NCBI RefSeq assembly: GCF_006345805.1
Contig: NC_043011.1
Coordinates: 43,040,464 to 43,104,463 of the forward strand
Length of the DNA: 64,000 nucleotides
Direction: 5' to 3'
DNA from: Octopus sinensis
Taxonomy: Eukaryota
Part shown: piece by piece, positions 13,991-30,220 of the stretch
Position numbering within the stretch: the stretch's first letter is position 1
Layout: every line of letters begins with the position of its first letter
Notes under the pieces: generated by a model
What the model was told of the DNA's origin: nothing
Databases searched by the model: none
What the model saw: only the letters and a program-made list of their open reading frames with translations
Position numbers and translations under genes: made by a program

Positions 13991-14604
13991 CACACACACA
14001 CATACACACACACACACATACACACACAAACACACACACTAATATATACACAGATGCACGCGTTCCACACATACAAACATACACACATATATGCACATAG
14101 AAACACGCGAAGACATAGACGCTCGATGACTCTCAGACACATACACGCGGACATACAGACACACACACACAAACGTGCATACACACATACGTATATATAA
14201 TTTCGTATTGCAAAAAAAAAGGTAAAATGAAAGAATATTGAAGGCACAAAAAGAAACTGAAGAAAATGGAATTCACGTGTGACCAGCAACGAAAGAATTT
14301 TCCTACTGAACGGGAGACAAACATGTACGTACACGGCAACACATACGCATAGGTGCTTCCAAAGACACATACACACACACACCAAGCACAAACATACACA
14401 ATCACATATATACACATATATATGCACACAGCATTTGTCTTTAAAACATTATACAGGCATACGTGGCCATGCACAAACACAAACACACTGACACCCGCGG
14501 ATAAAATTAGAAAAGATAAAGAGACTGATATGCAAAACACAAAGAGAGTAAACTTACGCTTACATTTGGTATAAAGGAATCTCTTTCGCTTTCTCCCTCC
14601 GCCT

Positions 14605-15000
<396 letters not shown>

Positions 15001-15160
15001 ATTCACACACACTGAGAGAAGCGTGTGTTGTGAGATTATGGTGTGTGCGTTCGTACTTATGTCCGTCTCAGCTACGTTGTTTCTGTCGGGAAGACATCGC
15101 GTGAAAGTGAAGTGAAGGTAGAAAGAGATGGAGAAGATAGATAGAGGGATAGAGAAGAGA

Positions 15161-15199
<39 letters not shown>

Positions 15200-15379
15200 G
15201 GGGAGAACGAGGGGGGAGGAAAGAAGGGAGGAAAGTCGAGAGACGGACAGACAAAAATGAGAGTGAGAGAGAAAAATAGAAGCCAGTGGAGGAAAAGTGC
15301 ACAATTATCTTGTTCGGTGTTTCTGTCATTATGTGATTGAGAGGGATAAAAGAAAGAAAACATATCAGAAAATAAAAAG

Positions 15380-15410
<31 letters not shown>

Positions 15411-15903
15411 GGGGGAGGAGAACGACTGCTAAGAAAGAAAGCATTGGATACGAGCGGTTAGATAGATAAATTGACAAATTTTAAAAAGTTGGTTTATATA
15501 AATAGAAGGCGATTGGAAAAAGTAGGAAAGAGAAAAAGGAATGAAAAAGTTGAATGCATGAGAGATCAGTAAGAAATGTACTTTATATTGCAATCAGTAT
15601 GTTAATCTCCACAGAAGCGGTAGAGAAAAATCAATAGACAACCTTTAAAAGCTTGTGTTGCTTTACTCGCCAATCCATAAAGCTGCATGAAAGTGTTTTG
15701 CCATTGTTTGATTCGGTTTATCCTAGCGCCCATATAATGACAATAATAATGTGCCTTGCGTATCTGCTGTGGTTTGTTGTGGTGGTCCCACTTTCAATAC
15801 AGTGAAAATAAGAGCACCACGGCAACCCATAGCACATACCCAAGTCACACAAGGCTGCACTCGGTAGTGCAGTGAAAAGCACATGCTAAAAATAAGACTA
15901 CTG

Positions 15904-16853
<950 letters not shown>

Positions 16854-16880
16854 AATAATAATAATAATAATAATGATAAA

Positions 16881-17450
16881 TGCCCTGATGCACTACCAGA
16901 CAGTGACTCTCATGGCTTCTGATCTTAACTGATTCGAAGTGTTATCATGTACATTGTTTTGTCTTGGTATAAAAGATGGGCTTCAGTAAATATTCTGCTC
17001 AATACCACAGATTTGCTTCTCAGTTGTTTGACCATAACCAGTTGAGCATGTCCGTTAGTGGCTGGCGATATGTGCATCTCTGATCATGAGCAGAAGTAGT
17101 GTGGGAGCTTCATAGCCATGTGTTGAGAGGAATTCTTTGGAGTTTGAATAATTCACCTCTGGAAACATGGGTATTTCGTTCAACATCTTTAAACAACCCT
17201 TTTTCAAGGACCTTTTGAGCGGGATGGGTTACTCGACCAGAAGAAAATTCTAACTGGGCCCCACCTGCAAGGTCATATACTGTTTATTTTGATATGAGAT
17301 CACTATGTCGCGCACACATGGTTGTGATGCATGTGTCTAGTGTACCCTTATCAGACGGGTAGTCATGATGAGTATACTGGGCTTCGTATAATTTACCTCA
17401 GTGCCACTTTGATGGCATGCACTTCTCTCTCACTCAATAATAATAATAAT
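16881..17450. mobile_element. ~555-bp non-coding interspersed element flanked by (AAT)n; putative non-autonomous retroposon
   Basis: Complex, GC-richer block from TGCCCTGATG to CTCTCACTC with sharp boundaries against AAT repeats at 16854-16874 and 17436-17450. No long ORF and no A/B box seen. Confidence 0.5.
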
Positions 17451-18459
17451 ATGGTTTCTGGTTTAGGCACATTTTTGAGCGGACCGTCGACTTCAGTTTT
17501 TTACTTTTATCGACTGGAGGGTTAAAAAGGAGAGCTAATCTCAGCTATGATTGAAAACAAAGCTTAAGGAGCCGGAAAAATGCGACAAGACATTTTGTCC
17601 GACACTCAGATCTCAGTCAGTCACTTGCAATTAAGCCTTACTATTAGCATTTAGAAAATGGATATTATTGTCCATTTTCACTGTAAAGAGGAAAAAAACC
17701 CTAAAAAAACAAAGACATTACCGTGAGTTAAATCTGAAATGAACGAGCTGATGAGAGAACACAGTGCAGCCTTTTAATCTAGCAGAAATAACAACCATTG
17801 GACTGCGACCTGTGAGTGGTAGCACATCACCTTGAACAGTTCAGTCGAACGAATCGACCCCGGTACTTATTTGCCTAGTATCTATTTTGTCACCCCAGTT
17901 GTTTAACCACTGTGTTACCCTATCTTCTTTAAAAAATGAAAAACACATTGGATAATGAGATCTTAGAGATATTATGTCGGGAAAAACAGATGGAATAGTG
18001 ATAACAGGAATATCTTTGCTCATTAGTATGTTAGTCTAGTATTGCTCTTGATCAACATAACAACCTCAAAATAAATATGTCATCATTGGCAGATACTAAA
18101 TGTAAGAGTACTCGTGTACTGTCCTCATGACCTATGACAGATTAATGAATAAATGATAAATTCCGATTTTTGCGAAAAAAAGAAAAAAACGAGGAGTCGA
18201 AAAGAAGGTAGCTTGCGGGAGAGCAATTAATTGCCAGGTTGTCGGTAATGAAGTGAATAGGTGTACAAAGTATAAATATAAAAAGCGGAATGATCCTACT
18301 GAGAATCGTGTCTACATTATGATAATGTACTGTTTCAATGATATATTGATGCAGTGCATTCGTTATTAGTATATTTGTAATTAATGTTGTCTTACAAGCA
18401 ACGTTATGTTGAGAATGGTTAGAACACTAGCTAAAAATAACATGTATTATTTACATACG

Positions 18460-18600
18460 ATTCTGCCGAGGTCGACTGCGCCTTTCATCCCTTCGGAGGC
18501 CAATAAAATGAGAGCAGGTTGATCACTGCGGTCGATGTGTTCGACTTAACTATACTACCTAAATTACTGGCCTTGTGCCAAAATTTGAAACCGTTATTTA
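18460..18600 (+). mobile_element. SINE family A 3' part (old tail)
   Basis: CCGAGGTCGAC...CCTTTCATCC...CTGGCCTTGTGCCAAAATTTGAAAC. Confidence 0.75.
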
Positions 18601-18754
18601 CATACATTCGCTTAATTTGAAGGTTCAAATCAGAGTAGAGCCGACTTTCTTGTTTATTCTCTGGTGATTAACAAAACAGTAATTAGTCTTGTACTGAGGT
18701 TTTAATTAAGTATATTGCTTTCAGAAAATGTTTCTAAAATACATTCTTATTTTA

Positions 18755-18897
18755 GCTCAACTGGTACTTAATTTATCGACCCCGAAAGATGAAAGGCAAG
18801 GTTGACCTCGATGACATTTGATCTCAGAACGTAAAACCAAAAGAAGTGCCGCTATGGCATTTGCTCGGCACGGTAATTCTGCCCGTTCACCCCCTTG
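18755..18897 (-). mobile_element. SINE family A degenerate copy
   Basis: TGGTACTTAATTTATCGACCCCGAAAGATGAAAGGCAAGGTTGACCTCG. Confidence 0.75.
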
Positions 18898-19401
18898 AAA
18901 GATATTTATAATAACATCTGATTATCACGATAGATGTTTGAATGTTACATTTCCAACAAAACTATGCAATGGAAATGTCTGTGATTTGTGACCGATTTAG
19001 TTACAAATTTTTGCCATTCCATTGACTGTATAAAATTGTTTTCTATATATATATATATATAGGGAAGTAGGAAGAAAAGTAAGCGAAAATGCACGTTGGA
19101 TATCAAAAAAAGTAAAGGCTTTTTATGAAAAGTAACGATAGATATATAGAATTCGATGGACTGAGGTAGGAATAAAAGTAATAAAAGCTATTATTGTGAA
19201 TTGTTAAAGAGATTCAAAAGCATACCGGTTTCGTGACTTTACTAATCATTGCTTTGAATGCACATCGATTAATGAACGGTGTCCTTTTTTTGATTCACCT
19301 TATTCTAATTAAATATTCTAAACGATCTGAGATGCTCATCCTCCCCTGGTTTTGTTTTCCTTTTCCTTTAGTATACGCGCACGCACACACACACACACAC
19401 A

Positions 19402-19441
<40 letters not shown>

Positions 19442-20454
19442 TTGCACATACACTCACACACATCTATATATATTTATGGGATGAAGTCGTACACGCATGA
19501 GAGACGTTGACGTCTGTCGACTGTTTCTAGTAAAGTGAATGTTTAAATGTAGTGAATACTGAAGTTTATGGTTATACTCAAAAGTAAAGTTTAGTATACG
19601 CACATGGTATACATACCTGCATACACACGCACACATGAAACCTAGTTTGCTCAGGCTCAGACTACCAAATGGAGGGGCACAGAATTACCGAATGAACGAC
19701 TATTGGAAAATGGGCTGCTATTGCTCAAGGCGGATCACATAGTGTTATCAGAGTAAGGTCGACGGTACAGCGACAGCAGCTCTGTTAGGAAAGGGAATTT
19801 CTCGGACCACATGGGGACGCCTAAGTGTCAGGAGACGGGACCTCTGATTAAATACTTTCTAGCCACGACCCTTCTTGTCGATCGCTCGTACATCGCATTT
19901 CTTAAACAAGCTTATCTTATTTCCTTTCTCTTTCAAGAGGTTTGAACACTATTTGGGGTAGATTTAACTACTATTTCAAGCATCTCGACTGAATACAGAG
20001 AGTGTGCAGTACTGATGCCACACAATAATCATACATCACCCACCCATCAAACCAAAATAAAACAAAAGACAAAGCGTGTATGTGTTTGCTGAATGTGTTA
20101 GATTTTCACTTAGGCTGTTTATTTGGTCTAGACAGGAGTTGTTCTCAGACTTCCGCTGCCAACCAGTTGATCGTTTCTTCAGGTAATCGATTATAATTCA
20201 ACTCATTTGAAAGGATTTTAGTTGTGTGTGTTTGATACCATTAGTTTCCTGCAGTTAATTTGGCAGTCATTCTCGCTTTACCACGTTCGTATTCACCAAA
20301 TTGGCACAGAAAGTCGTATAATGTAATATATCAATCACTATTACTCTCTTTGAATCACTATTTTTCTCAGTTTCTCCCTAAATAGCTCAGTCACTCACTC
20401 TCTCTCTCTTATTAACTCACTCACTAACGAAATACGTTCCTTCTCTTTAGTATC

Positions 20455-20513
<59 letters not shown>

Positions 20514-20789
20514 GATATATATATATACACACACATATGTGTGTGTGTTGTGTGTGTATGTGTGTGAGTGTATGTGTGTATGTATGTCTGTGTATGTGTA
20601 AGTGTGTATGTTTGTGTGCATGAGTGTGTGTATTAAGTAGTATAATTTTCATGAAACATTGCTATGTATATAAATGCTTAAATATTTTTTTAGTCCAAAA
20701 AAATTAATAAACAAAGTCGATGATTAGTATTTCAATATTTCAGAGTTAGAACCATTTCTTCGGAAAATTAACTGAGGAAAGATATTGAC

Positions 20790-21000
20790 AGTTAGGCATC
20801 AGAAAACCTAAGACGACCTACATTAGAAATAAGATCTACCGGACACGCGTTAAATGCCGACACCATACAATTCCGGAAAGACCTGATGGAAAATGGCTAT
20901 TCATACTCTTTCATTTCACTCCAGGACATCACCAGATCAATTAATACCCACCACCCAAAAAGAAGAAACATATGTTGCTTTGAAACTGCCAATTTTTGCA
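20790..21000 (+). mobile_element. Possible decayed Penelope-like RT C-terminal remnant
   Basis: Reads LEIRSTGHALNADTIQFRKDLMENGYSYSFI, then after a frameshift KEETYVALKLP, similar to the PLE LxxNGYPxxFI...YLKLP pattern. Weak. Confidence 0.25.
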
Positions 21001-21503
21001 AAAAAACAAACTCCTGTAAATCAGTTGTTTTTCAAAAATAAGATGTTTTGTTTTTAGCTAGGACCTTCTTCAGGGAAGGTACAGATTGCACCAGAGGTAT
21101 ATTCAATTCCAACATATAAAGAGTATGCAAGGATATTTGTACATTATAATTCAGTCCTGTCCATCAGAGATGGGCATGCATGAATTAAGATGCAGAAATA
21201 CCTTTGCATACACGTTTTTTCTAAAAGTTAGTAGAAATGGATCTGTTGTCTATGATTTAAGTTCAAAACCAAACAGAGGTAAGGAACGGTGTTATTAGGG
21301 TGCTTCACACTTTTGTTGGACATATTGTATACTTTAATGGCCTCCTGATGTGATGAGGTTAGTATGATGATATCATCTACATGACTAGCGACAAAGGGAC
21401 AAGAGTGATTGTTGCGGTGTGCTCTAACCGATCCATTTACATAATACTTACATACGTATATACCTAACTACGAACTTACCTACCTACCTATCTAACTACC
21501 TAC

Positions 21504-21538
<35 letters not shown>

Positions 21539-22415
21539 CAAGTGTATATTTTTATTTCGATACTTTTATAAAGAGGTGTGATGTAATTTTTAATCTTTTT
21601 CTAAGTTTATTTTCGTCTGGAAATGTCACAGGTAAATTCGCATAGCAAAATGATGATAGCGAACTTCTAACTGGATGCAAAATGTCAGTTGTAAAATCCG
21701 TACTTGTAAAAAGCATTTGCATTCTTCTCCATAAACAAAGCACCAGATAAAGAAATGCTTAAAATAAAAAGAAATATTAATCAAAAATGGCTATTTTGTT
21801 AAACTAATGAAGCGACAAAACAATACGATTTCAAATAAAATGAAGCAAATACATCAAACGCCACACCTAATACAAATACATAGATTAAACACAAAGGATA
21901 TTATATGCAGAGTGCTTATAGAATAGAAGAATACATCAAAGACCCAATAAAACGGAACTTGAAGTGCATTGCAGCTTACCACAAAATAGCACTAAAGATA
22001 TGCTATAAAAATGTAAAATCAAAAATCTTATCAGCACCAAACCAGAGAAATGTAGTAACACGAGAAAACTATAAATGGCCAATGTGATTAATGAATTCAC
22101 GATGATGAACTGGAAGAAAGAGTAGAGTTTCCTAACGGCCTCGTTCAAACTTTGTTCATTGATCATCAAAGAAGACGTAACCGGTTTTGTTTCCTCTATC
22201 AAAAATATAGAATAGTTTACTATGATATAAAGCTGTCGTAAATTTGGCTATGTCTATAGTTCTTTGGTTAATTTTCATATTTGTGCTTTTACTACCTCAT
22301 TAATAAAACAATATAAATATCATAAACTTAGATAAAACTTAGATATGTTTCGACCAAAGATTGGTCCATGCCATGTCTAACTTAATAGCACCACCTGATA
22401 GGATTATTGGAATCC

Positions 22416-22472
22416 TGTTTAAGTCAAGTTTTGTTTAAGTCAAGTTTTGTTTAAGTCAAGTTTTGTTCAAGT
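22416..22472. repeat. 16-bp minisatellite x3.5 (TGTTTAAGTCAAGTTT)
   Basis: Three exact units plus a partial unit. Confidence 0.95.
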
Positions 22473-23575
22473 AGTGATCCAACATATCTTGAATGGGAAG
22501 GAGCAAAATTCGTTTAATGTAACCACATTCTTTCTATGCATCTGTGTTAGTTATAAATCTCAAAACACCAGCCATGCTAGCAAAGCGATCTCCCGCTGTC
22601 TCGCCGTGCACATTCGACAATAATCAATTACTATATTCTAAATATATCCGGTAACAAATTTACAACGGAAAGCATTAGTAGACAACACATTTATAGTCTC
22701 TACATTTCCCCCATAAAAAAGACAATCTAGAATCCTCTTTGTTATATTTGTTATTAAATATACTGTGCTACCGTTTATTTCAATCATGTACTCTAGATGT
22801 TCTCCTAATAATCTCGTTAATTTTAAGTATCATATTTTTGTTAATTAGTTCTATCTATTGTTTCATAAAACTATACACGGTGCCAGTGTTAAAATCTTTT
22901 TTGGAGTCTTTGACCGTGATGTTACATTTCCCTTTTTAGATATTCTAATCTATTGTCTACAAGAATTTTATCGGTTGTACTAATGTTGTTATGCTTACTT
23001 GATAGTCTTTCTATGATATGAATAAATACACACTGCTCGAAATGCTTGGATATATGTATATCAGACGTGTGTGTGTGTGTGTGTGTATGTGTGTATGTTT
23101 TTTTCGTTGTTTAAAAAAAAGTTCGTTTCTATGCTTTTGTTTTTATGTTTTCGTTTCTCATTGTGTTCAACATTTTTTTGATGTCCTGTACCCATATATA
23201 CATGTATATATACATATATATGTAGGTATGTACATATATGTATGTATATATGCATATATTTATATATTATTTATACTATTATATGATCGAACGCCACGCA
23301 TCCTTTTCCAAGTAAGTTTTATGTATGTATGTATGTATGTATGTATGAAATACATTTTTTTTATTTCACAAGGGTAGAAATATAGAAAATAATAGAAGTT
23401 GAAAATGCACTGAGAATGGTTAAAAAATTTTTTTTATGAAATTTAAAGAATAAACTGGTTTCACAATTTACCCTAATTTTCAAAAGTTGAGGTAAAAAGA
23501 CGTGGGTTACATCGCAACTGTCTTGTAGCAGACTAGTATTTGAAACGTGCCTTAATTTTATAGGGAGGTACCCCC

Positions 23576-23629
<54 letters not shown>

Positions 23630-23637
23630 GTGTGTGT

Positions 23638-23704
<67 letters not shown>

Positions 23705-24550
23705 CAATAATAATCGGTAGAGTTACTTAAAGGCCGAGAGTTTCGTTCAGACACTTATCACAGTTGCGTATGTACGCATGTATGTATGCATGTACGTATG
23801 TATATACGTATGTGTGTACATATACACATATATGTAGAGAGACATACATACATACATACGCATAGAATAAAAATAAATATATTTATTTATTTATTTATTC
23901 ATTTATACATTCTCATAAAACTCGAAAATCCACTAGAGACCTTTTAGCAACAGATATTTTATAACGATGATGGAACTCTTCCAAAAATAACCGAACTCGT
24001 CATATGTTTTTAGAAAGAAGAGAAAAACACAAAAAAAAAACACAAAAAAGCTACGACATGAATGAAATCGGCCAACAAACACTGAGCCGTTTTAATGTTC
24101 TTTACTCTAAGGTCAGTAATCGCTGTCTCTAAAGTACTGTTGGTTGTTTGACCTTCGGACAAAAACCAGTGTAATAGAGATACAAAAGGAAATAAACGCA
24201 TAAAAATATATTAAATACACGTCATACGTGTGATGTAAATGTAGTGGAAAGTTTTATGATTTGCATAACATTATTATTCCTATGCCATTTTGTTTCCTTT
24301 CCAATAAATCATCGAACGTCATATAATCGATTTACAGAAAACAAGTAGGAATGAATGTTTTTTTTTTGTACTAACCAATACCAAAGTTTGATGGTTGTTG
24401 ATATTGGTGTAGTTGTTGTTTTTGTCGTTGTTGTTGTCGTTGTTGTTGTTGTTGTTTTTGTTATATAACCGAAGTAGATTCTAAATGATGAAGTTACGTT
24501 CAAATGAATTTCGAATCGTGACCATCCCACCTTTATATCAGGAAGCCCTC

Positions 24551-24760
24551 ACTCTTTTACTCTTTTACTTGTTTCAGTCCTTTGACTGTGGCCATGCTGG
24601 AGGACCGGCTTTTAGTCGAGCAAATCGAACCCAGGACTTATTCTTTGGAAGCCTAGTACTTATTCTATCGGTCTCTTTTGCCGAACCGCTAAGTTACGGG
24701 GACATAAACACACCAGCATCGGTTGTCAAGCGATGTTGGGGGACAAACAAAGACACATAA

Positions 24761-24801
<41 letters not shown>

Positions 24802-24984
24802 CACACACATATATATACATACATATATACGACAAACTTCTTTCAGTTTCCGTCTTCCGAATCCATTCACAAGGCTTTGGTCGCCCCGAGGCTATAGTAG
24901 AAAACACTTGCCCAATGTGCCACGCAGTGGGACTGAACCCGGAACCTTGTGGTTGGTAAGCAAGCTTCTTACTACACAGCCACG
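24551..24984 (-). mobile_element. SINE family B, full length
   Basis: (CTCTTTTA)n tail, CTGTGGCCATGCTGGAG, internal CA/TA tract, head ending CACAGCCAC. Confidence 0.9.
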
Positions 24985-25569
24985 AGCAGAACTTTGATAC
25001 ACGTCGTTCCAGCCATGAACATCTCGTTCATTTTCTTAAGTTTTGCACATTAGGGAGAATATTATCCTCACCGTATCTCTATTTTCAAACCGATATAGTG
25101 TCAGTCAAAAGCGGTTACGCTGCCATTTCTCGCATATCTAGTGAATATAATAAGTTTTGTCCTGGTTTCCGTGGTTATTACCATCTTCTAATGTTTTATC
25201 AATCTACATCATATGTTTTCATTTAAGTATGCAAATATACCTATATGTATGTATGCAAAGTGTGTAGATGTACGCGCCACACATACGCACTCTCTCTCCC
25301 TCTCTCTTTCACTCATAGACGTATGTATGTATTATATAAGTATGTACGTATGTATGTATGTTTGCATGGATGGATGGATGGATGGATAAAACCACCAAGC
25401 GTCAGCTAGTTAAAAAAATGTTATTTTAGCTTTGCAGCTCATTAACAAACGATGGTCAAACTCATTATTGAGTCGGCTTATCATCTCTGATGCGTGCGTG
25501 TTTGGAAGTGTATATGAGTATGTGTTTGTTGATAGAGAGCCAGACAAAAAGAAAGAGAAATTGATAAAC

Positions 25570-26535
<966 letters not shown>

Positions 26536-26896
26536 GAGAGAGAAAGAGAGAATGTGTGTGTGTGTGTGTACAAGACAGATCCTGCTTTCAACCTAGTTAT
26601 AGTATAGTCGGAACCACGTAATTTTCACTCAGTCAGAATTCTTTTAGATATATATCTGACAATACTCGGAATTAATCATCTGGTGTTGTAATTTTAGCAA
26701 TTAGTGTACGAGAAATATTTCAAAAGACATCAGAGAATTGATAATTCAGTTAATTTTCTATAACTTGTGTCGCGTTAAGTAATTCATATCTTACTCTAAT
26801 TGTTTAAATCTGTTCACCACGCCATATAAACATATCCATATACAGTTATGTATATACGTTCATACAATTCATACATACACGCACACACACACACAC

Positions 26897-26935
<39 letters not shown>

Positions 26936-27513
26936 AATATATATGTGTGTGTGTGTGTATATATACATATATATGTAGATATATGCATATATATATACAT
27001 CCATACATACATAACAAATGCATACATGCATATATACATACACACATATATATACACACACTCTCACACACACATATATATATATACATATATACATAAA
27101 TAGATACACGTGCACACACACACACGCACGCACACACACACACACACACCACACATATATATATAATATACATATATACATAAATAGATACACGCGCACA
27201 CACACACGCACACGCACACACACACACATACACACATATATATACAGCAATATATAAGGACTCAGAGATAATAAGGAAAGGTAAGCTTTGCTTTCATTCG
27301 GCATTTAAACGAAATACAAATGAAAAATGGCGACTGTTTCAACTTACAAACGACTAGAAGGTGTATTCTTGGTGAGAAATGAACATGTATAAATGGTATG
27401 GATGGTTAAGGATGTTATTCTGAAATAGATGACACAAGATGCTCACCCGCTCATTTCCGTTCCTCGTGTTTTGCTTCTCCCTTTTCTTCATCTTCTTCCC
27501 TAACCTCCACCAC

Positions 27514-27994
27514 TGACATGCATAAGATCTGGTCATCAAATCTAAGTAGAGACTTCAAACTTGAAATATTCAAAGCCACAGTCGAACCAATTCTACTATA
27601 TGACTCAGAAACATGGACGTTATCAAAGAAGCTTGAGAGGCGGTTGGATGGAACCTACACTCGCCTCCTTATGAGAGCTCAAAATCTCTCGTGGAAGCGC
27701 CATCCAACCAAAATGCAAATATATGGGAAACTACCACCTGTGTCATCTCTTGTGAAAGGTAGGAGAGTCCAGTTTGCTGGACATTGTTGTAGAGCTGAAA
27801 AAGAAGTAATTTATACTCTTCTCCTCTGAAAGCCATCTACTCGCAATACCAGAGGGCGCACACTCTCCTACCCTGATGTAATCTCCAGGGATACAGGCAT
27901 CCAGCAACAGGACCTCCGTAATGCCATGATGGACCGTGAAGTCTGGCGTAGCATAGTAAATTCCATTGTCTCGAACAATGATGATGATGATGAT
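27514..27994 (+). mobile_element. 5'-truncated RTE-clade LINE: post-RT C-terminal region plus (GAT)n tail
   Basis: ORF 27518-27829 (KIWSSNLSRDFKLEIFKATVEPILLYDSETWTL...RLDGTYTRLLMRAQNLSW...RRVQFAGHCCR) continues past one stop into TRGRTLSYPDVISRDTG...AMMDREVWRSIV, then a (GAT)n tail. LLYxSETW, GHxxR and DRxxWR are RTE-type motifs. Confidence 0.85.
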
Positions 27995-28599
27995 GCTGCT
28001 GCTGCTCATTATTTTCATAATTTTGTTCACAACAAACACCACCGCTGCCTTATGCTTAACTCAGAAATCGTCATCAGCATTGTGCGTTTGATTTGTAGAA
28101 TCAGTAGATTATTAGACAAAATGCCTTACAGCTCCTTTTCAGCCGCTTTATGCTCCGCGTTCAAATCTGATCTTTGTCAACTTTCCCTTCGGGGATCAAT
28201 ATAACGTCGCGTCATTCAATTAATAAAGTCGATTTAAACGACTGTTTGCTTCTCACAAACACTCCTCTACGTTCTGATTTGAAATTTCTTCCAAGTTAAT
28301 TTCAGTTTTCATCGCCGACCTGGCGATCTATAAAGAAAAAACATGGTATGAAATTGCTTCGTTGGAATATAATATTTTGCTATAAAGACTACAGTTTTAT
28401 ACAGCTCGAAGCAAGTCGCCTCACAGCAAACTTCTTGACTTTGGAAAAAGCTTGAGCACACACTTCATATCATTATTTGACTCTCCGTAGTATATATAGT
28501 CTTGGTGCTCAATGAAAGCAAACTAACATAAAACTTGATGTGAATTTCCAATTATGTAGATTTCCCTAAAGTGTTGTCACTGACCCTACTTTTTGGCAC

Positions 28600-28960
28600 T
28601 TTGAACGGTACTTATTACTACCCACATCGATCTCCTAGACAACATTTGTACTCCACTAACTGTACCAAACTCATTGACATAACACCACTCATCTTCAAAC
28701 ACCAGCATCCGAAGTACAGGCGTACCACCTTCTCATTCTACCTTTCTAACTTCTACTACAATGGCATCTGCTCCTCAGTCGCCCGATCTTGACACATTAT
28801 ATCACATCCTCACCTGCTAGGGTTCGCATTTCATCAAGACCTTATTTTCCAGAAAATCAGCCCTCTGCTCCGACCTCTATTTTTTTCCTACAACCAAGAG
28901 CCTTCGTCGTGCAATTGTACAACAGGAACATTAGTTGTATCGGTTTCACTGGCCCCTGAT
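28600..28960 (+). mobile_element. Highly decayed CR1/L2-group LINE 3' remnant
   Basis: Pieces across frames read IDLLDNI / KLIDITPL / KYRRTT / FYYNGICSS, resembling the LDxIQxKAxRLI...HRR...FYRYYNGxCSSEL C-terminal pattern. Many stops; by-eye match only. Confidence 0.35.
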
Positions 28961-29099
28961 CGTCTACGAGGGCAACAGTTGCAGCCCCTTGCTTACAGTC
29001 TTGACTAGTAACGACCAAGTTATGTTATAAATAAATCTACTCTAAAATCTCGAGCAACGAACGAGATGAAGAGGTTATATATGTGTGAGAATAATAAGT

Positions 29100-29938
29100 A
29101 ATGATCAAAAACAGAGAGAGAGGGGTATAAGATAGGTAGAGAGAGAGAGAGAGAAGTAGAGAGAGATAGTAACAAAGGCAGAGAGAAACAGAGAGAGAGG
29201 GGGGAAGAGAGAGAAGCAGAAAGAAAGAGAGAAGAGGAGTGCAAGACAGGAAAGAGAGGGAAAGAAGGTAAGGGAAAGAGATACAGTGGAAAGGAATGGA
29301 GATGGGTAGATGGGCAGATGGCGAAAGTGGAAGAGACAAAGAGAGTAAAGCAAAAAGAACAAACAAACAGAAACTACGAAGCGGGATAATTGAGAAAGGA
29401 TTAGAACGAGAAAGGGAGAGAGAGAGAGAGAGAGAGAATATGACACAGGAATGGAGGAAAAGAAAGAGAGAGAGGGAGAAAGTGAGGGAAAGAGAGAGAC
29501 AGAGAATATGCCAGAGGGAAAAGAGAAGAAAAAGAGAGAGAGAGAGAGACAAAATACGACAGGAAGGATATAGGCTAATGGAAAAATAGAGATAGGGAGA
29601 ATGAACACGAGAATGACAGGAAGAAAAGAGAGAGAGAAAGAGAGAGAAGGGGGACAGAGAGAGAGAGAGAGAAAGAGAGAGAGGGGGACAAAGAGAGAGA
29701 GAACGAGAGAAATAGAGGTGGGGACAGAAGGAGTAAGACAGAAAGTGAAATAGAGAGAGAAAGATGAGGGACAGAGTGAGAGACAGAGACAGATAGAGAC
29801 AGACAGAGAAAGAGATAAAGAGAGAGAGGGGGACAAAGAGAGAGAGAGAGAACGAGAGAAATAGAGTGGGGACAGGGAGAGAGAGAGAGAAAGAGAGAGA
29901 GAACGAGAGAAATAGAGTGGGGACAGAGAGAGAGAGAA

Positions 29939-29969
<31 letters not shown>

Positions 29970-30220
29970 AAGAGAGAGAGAGAACGAGAGAAATAGAGTG
30001 GAGACAGAGAGAGAGAGAAAGAGAAAGAGAGAGAGAAAGAGAAAGAGAGAGAGAACGAGAGAAATAGAGTGGGGACAGAAGGAGTAAGACAGAAAGTGAA
30101 ATAGAGAGAGAAAGATGAGGGACAGAGTGAGAGACAGAGACAGATAGAGATAGACAGAGAAAGAGATAAAGAGAGAGAGAGGAGGAGAGAGAGGTAGAGA
30201 GGATTGGAAGAAAGTGAGTT
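29100..30220. repeat. 1.1-kb polypurine (AG)-rich tract with an internal ~130-bp direct repeat
   Basis: 29699-29828 is repeated at 30051-30180; GAACGAGAGAAATAGAG(G)TGG recurs five times. Confidence 0.9.

Noticed and set aside
17748-17790. CTGATGA followed by GAAAT
   Set aside because: No helix II or helix I pairing and no valid cleavage triplet.
19640-19900. GC-richer island with a GA|GTAAGG donor
   Set aside because: Weak acceptor and unrecognisable peptide.
20132-20182. 51-bp plus-strand pseudo-exon with CAG|GTAATC donor
   Set aside because: Two open frames with no recognisable protein; opposite strand to the other candidates; compatible with chance.
21045-21075. Minus-strand CTGAAGA-AGG...AAAAC motif
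   Set aside because: No GAAA box, 2-bp helix II and no helix I.
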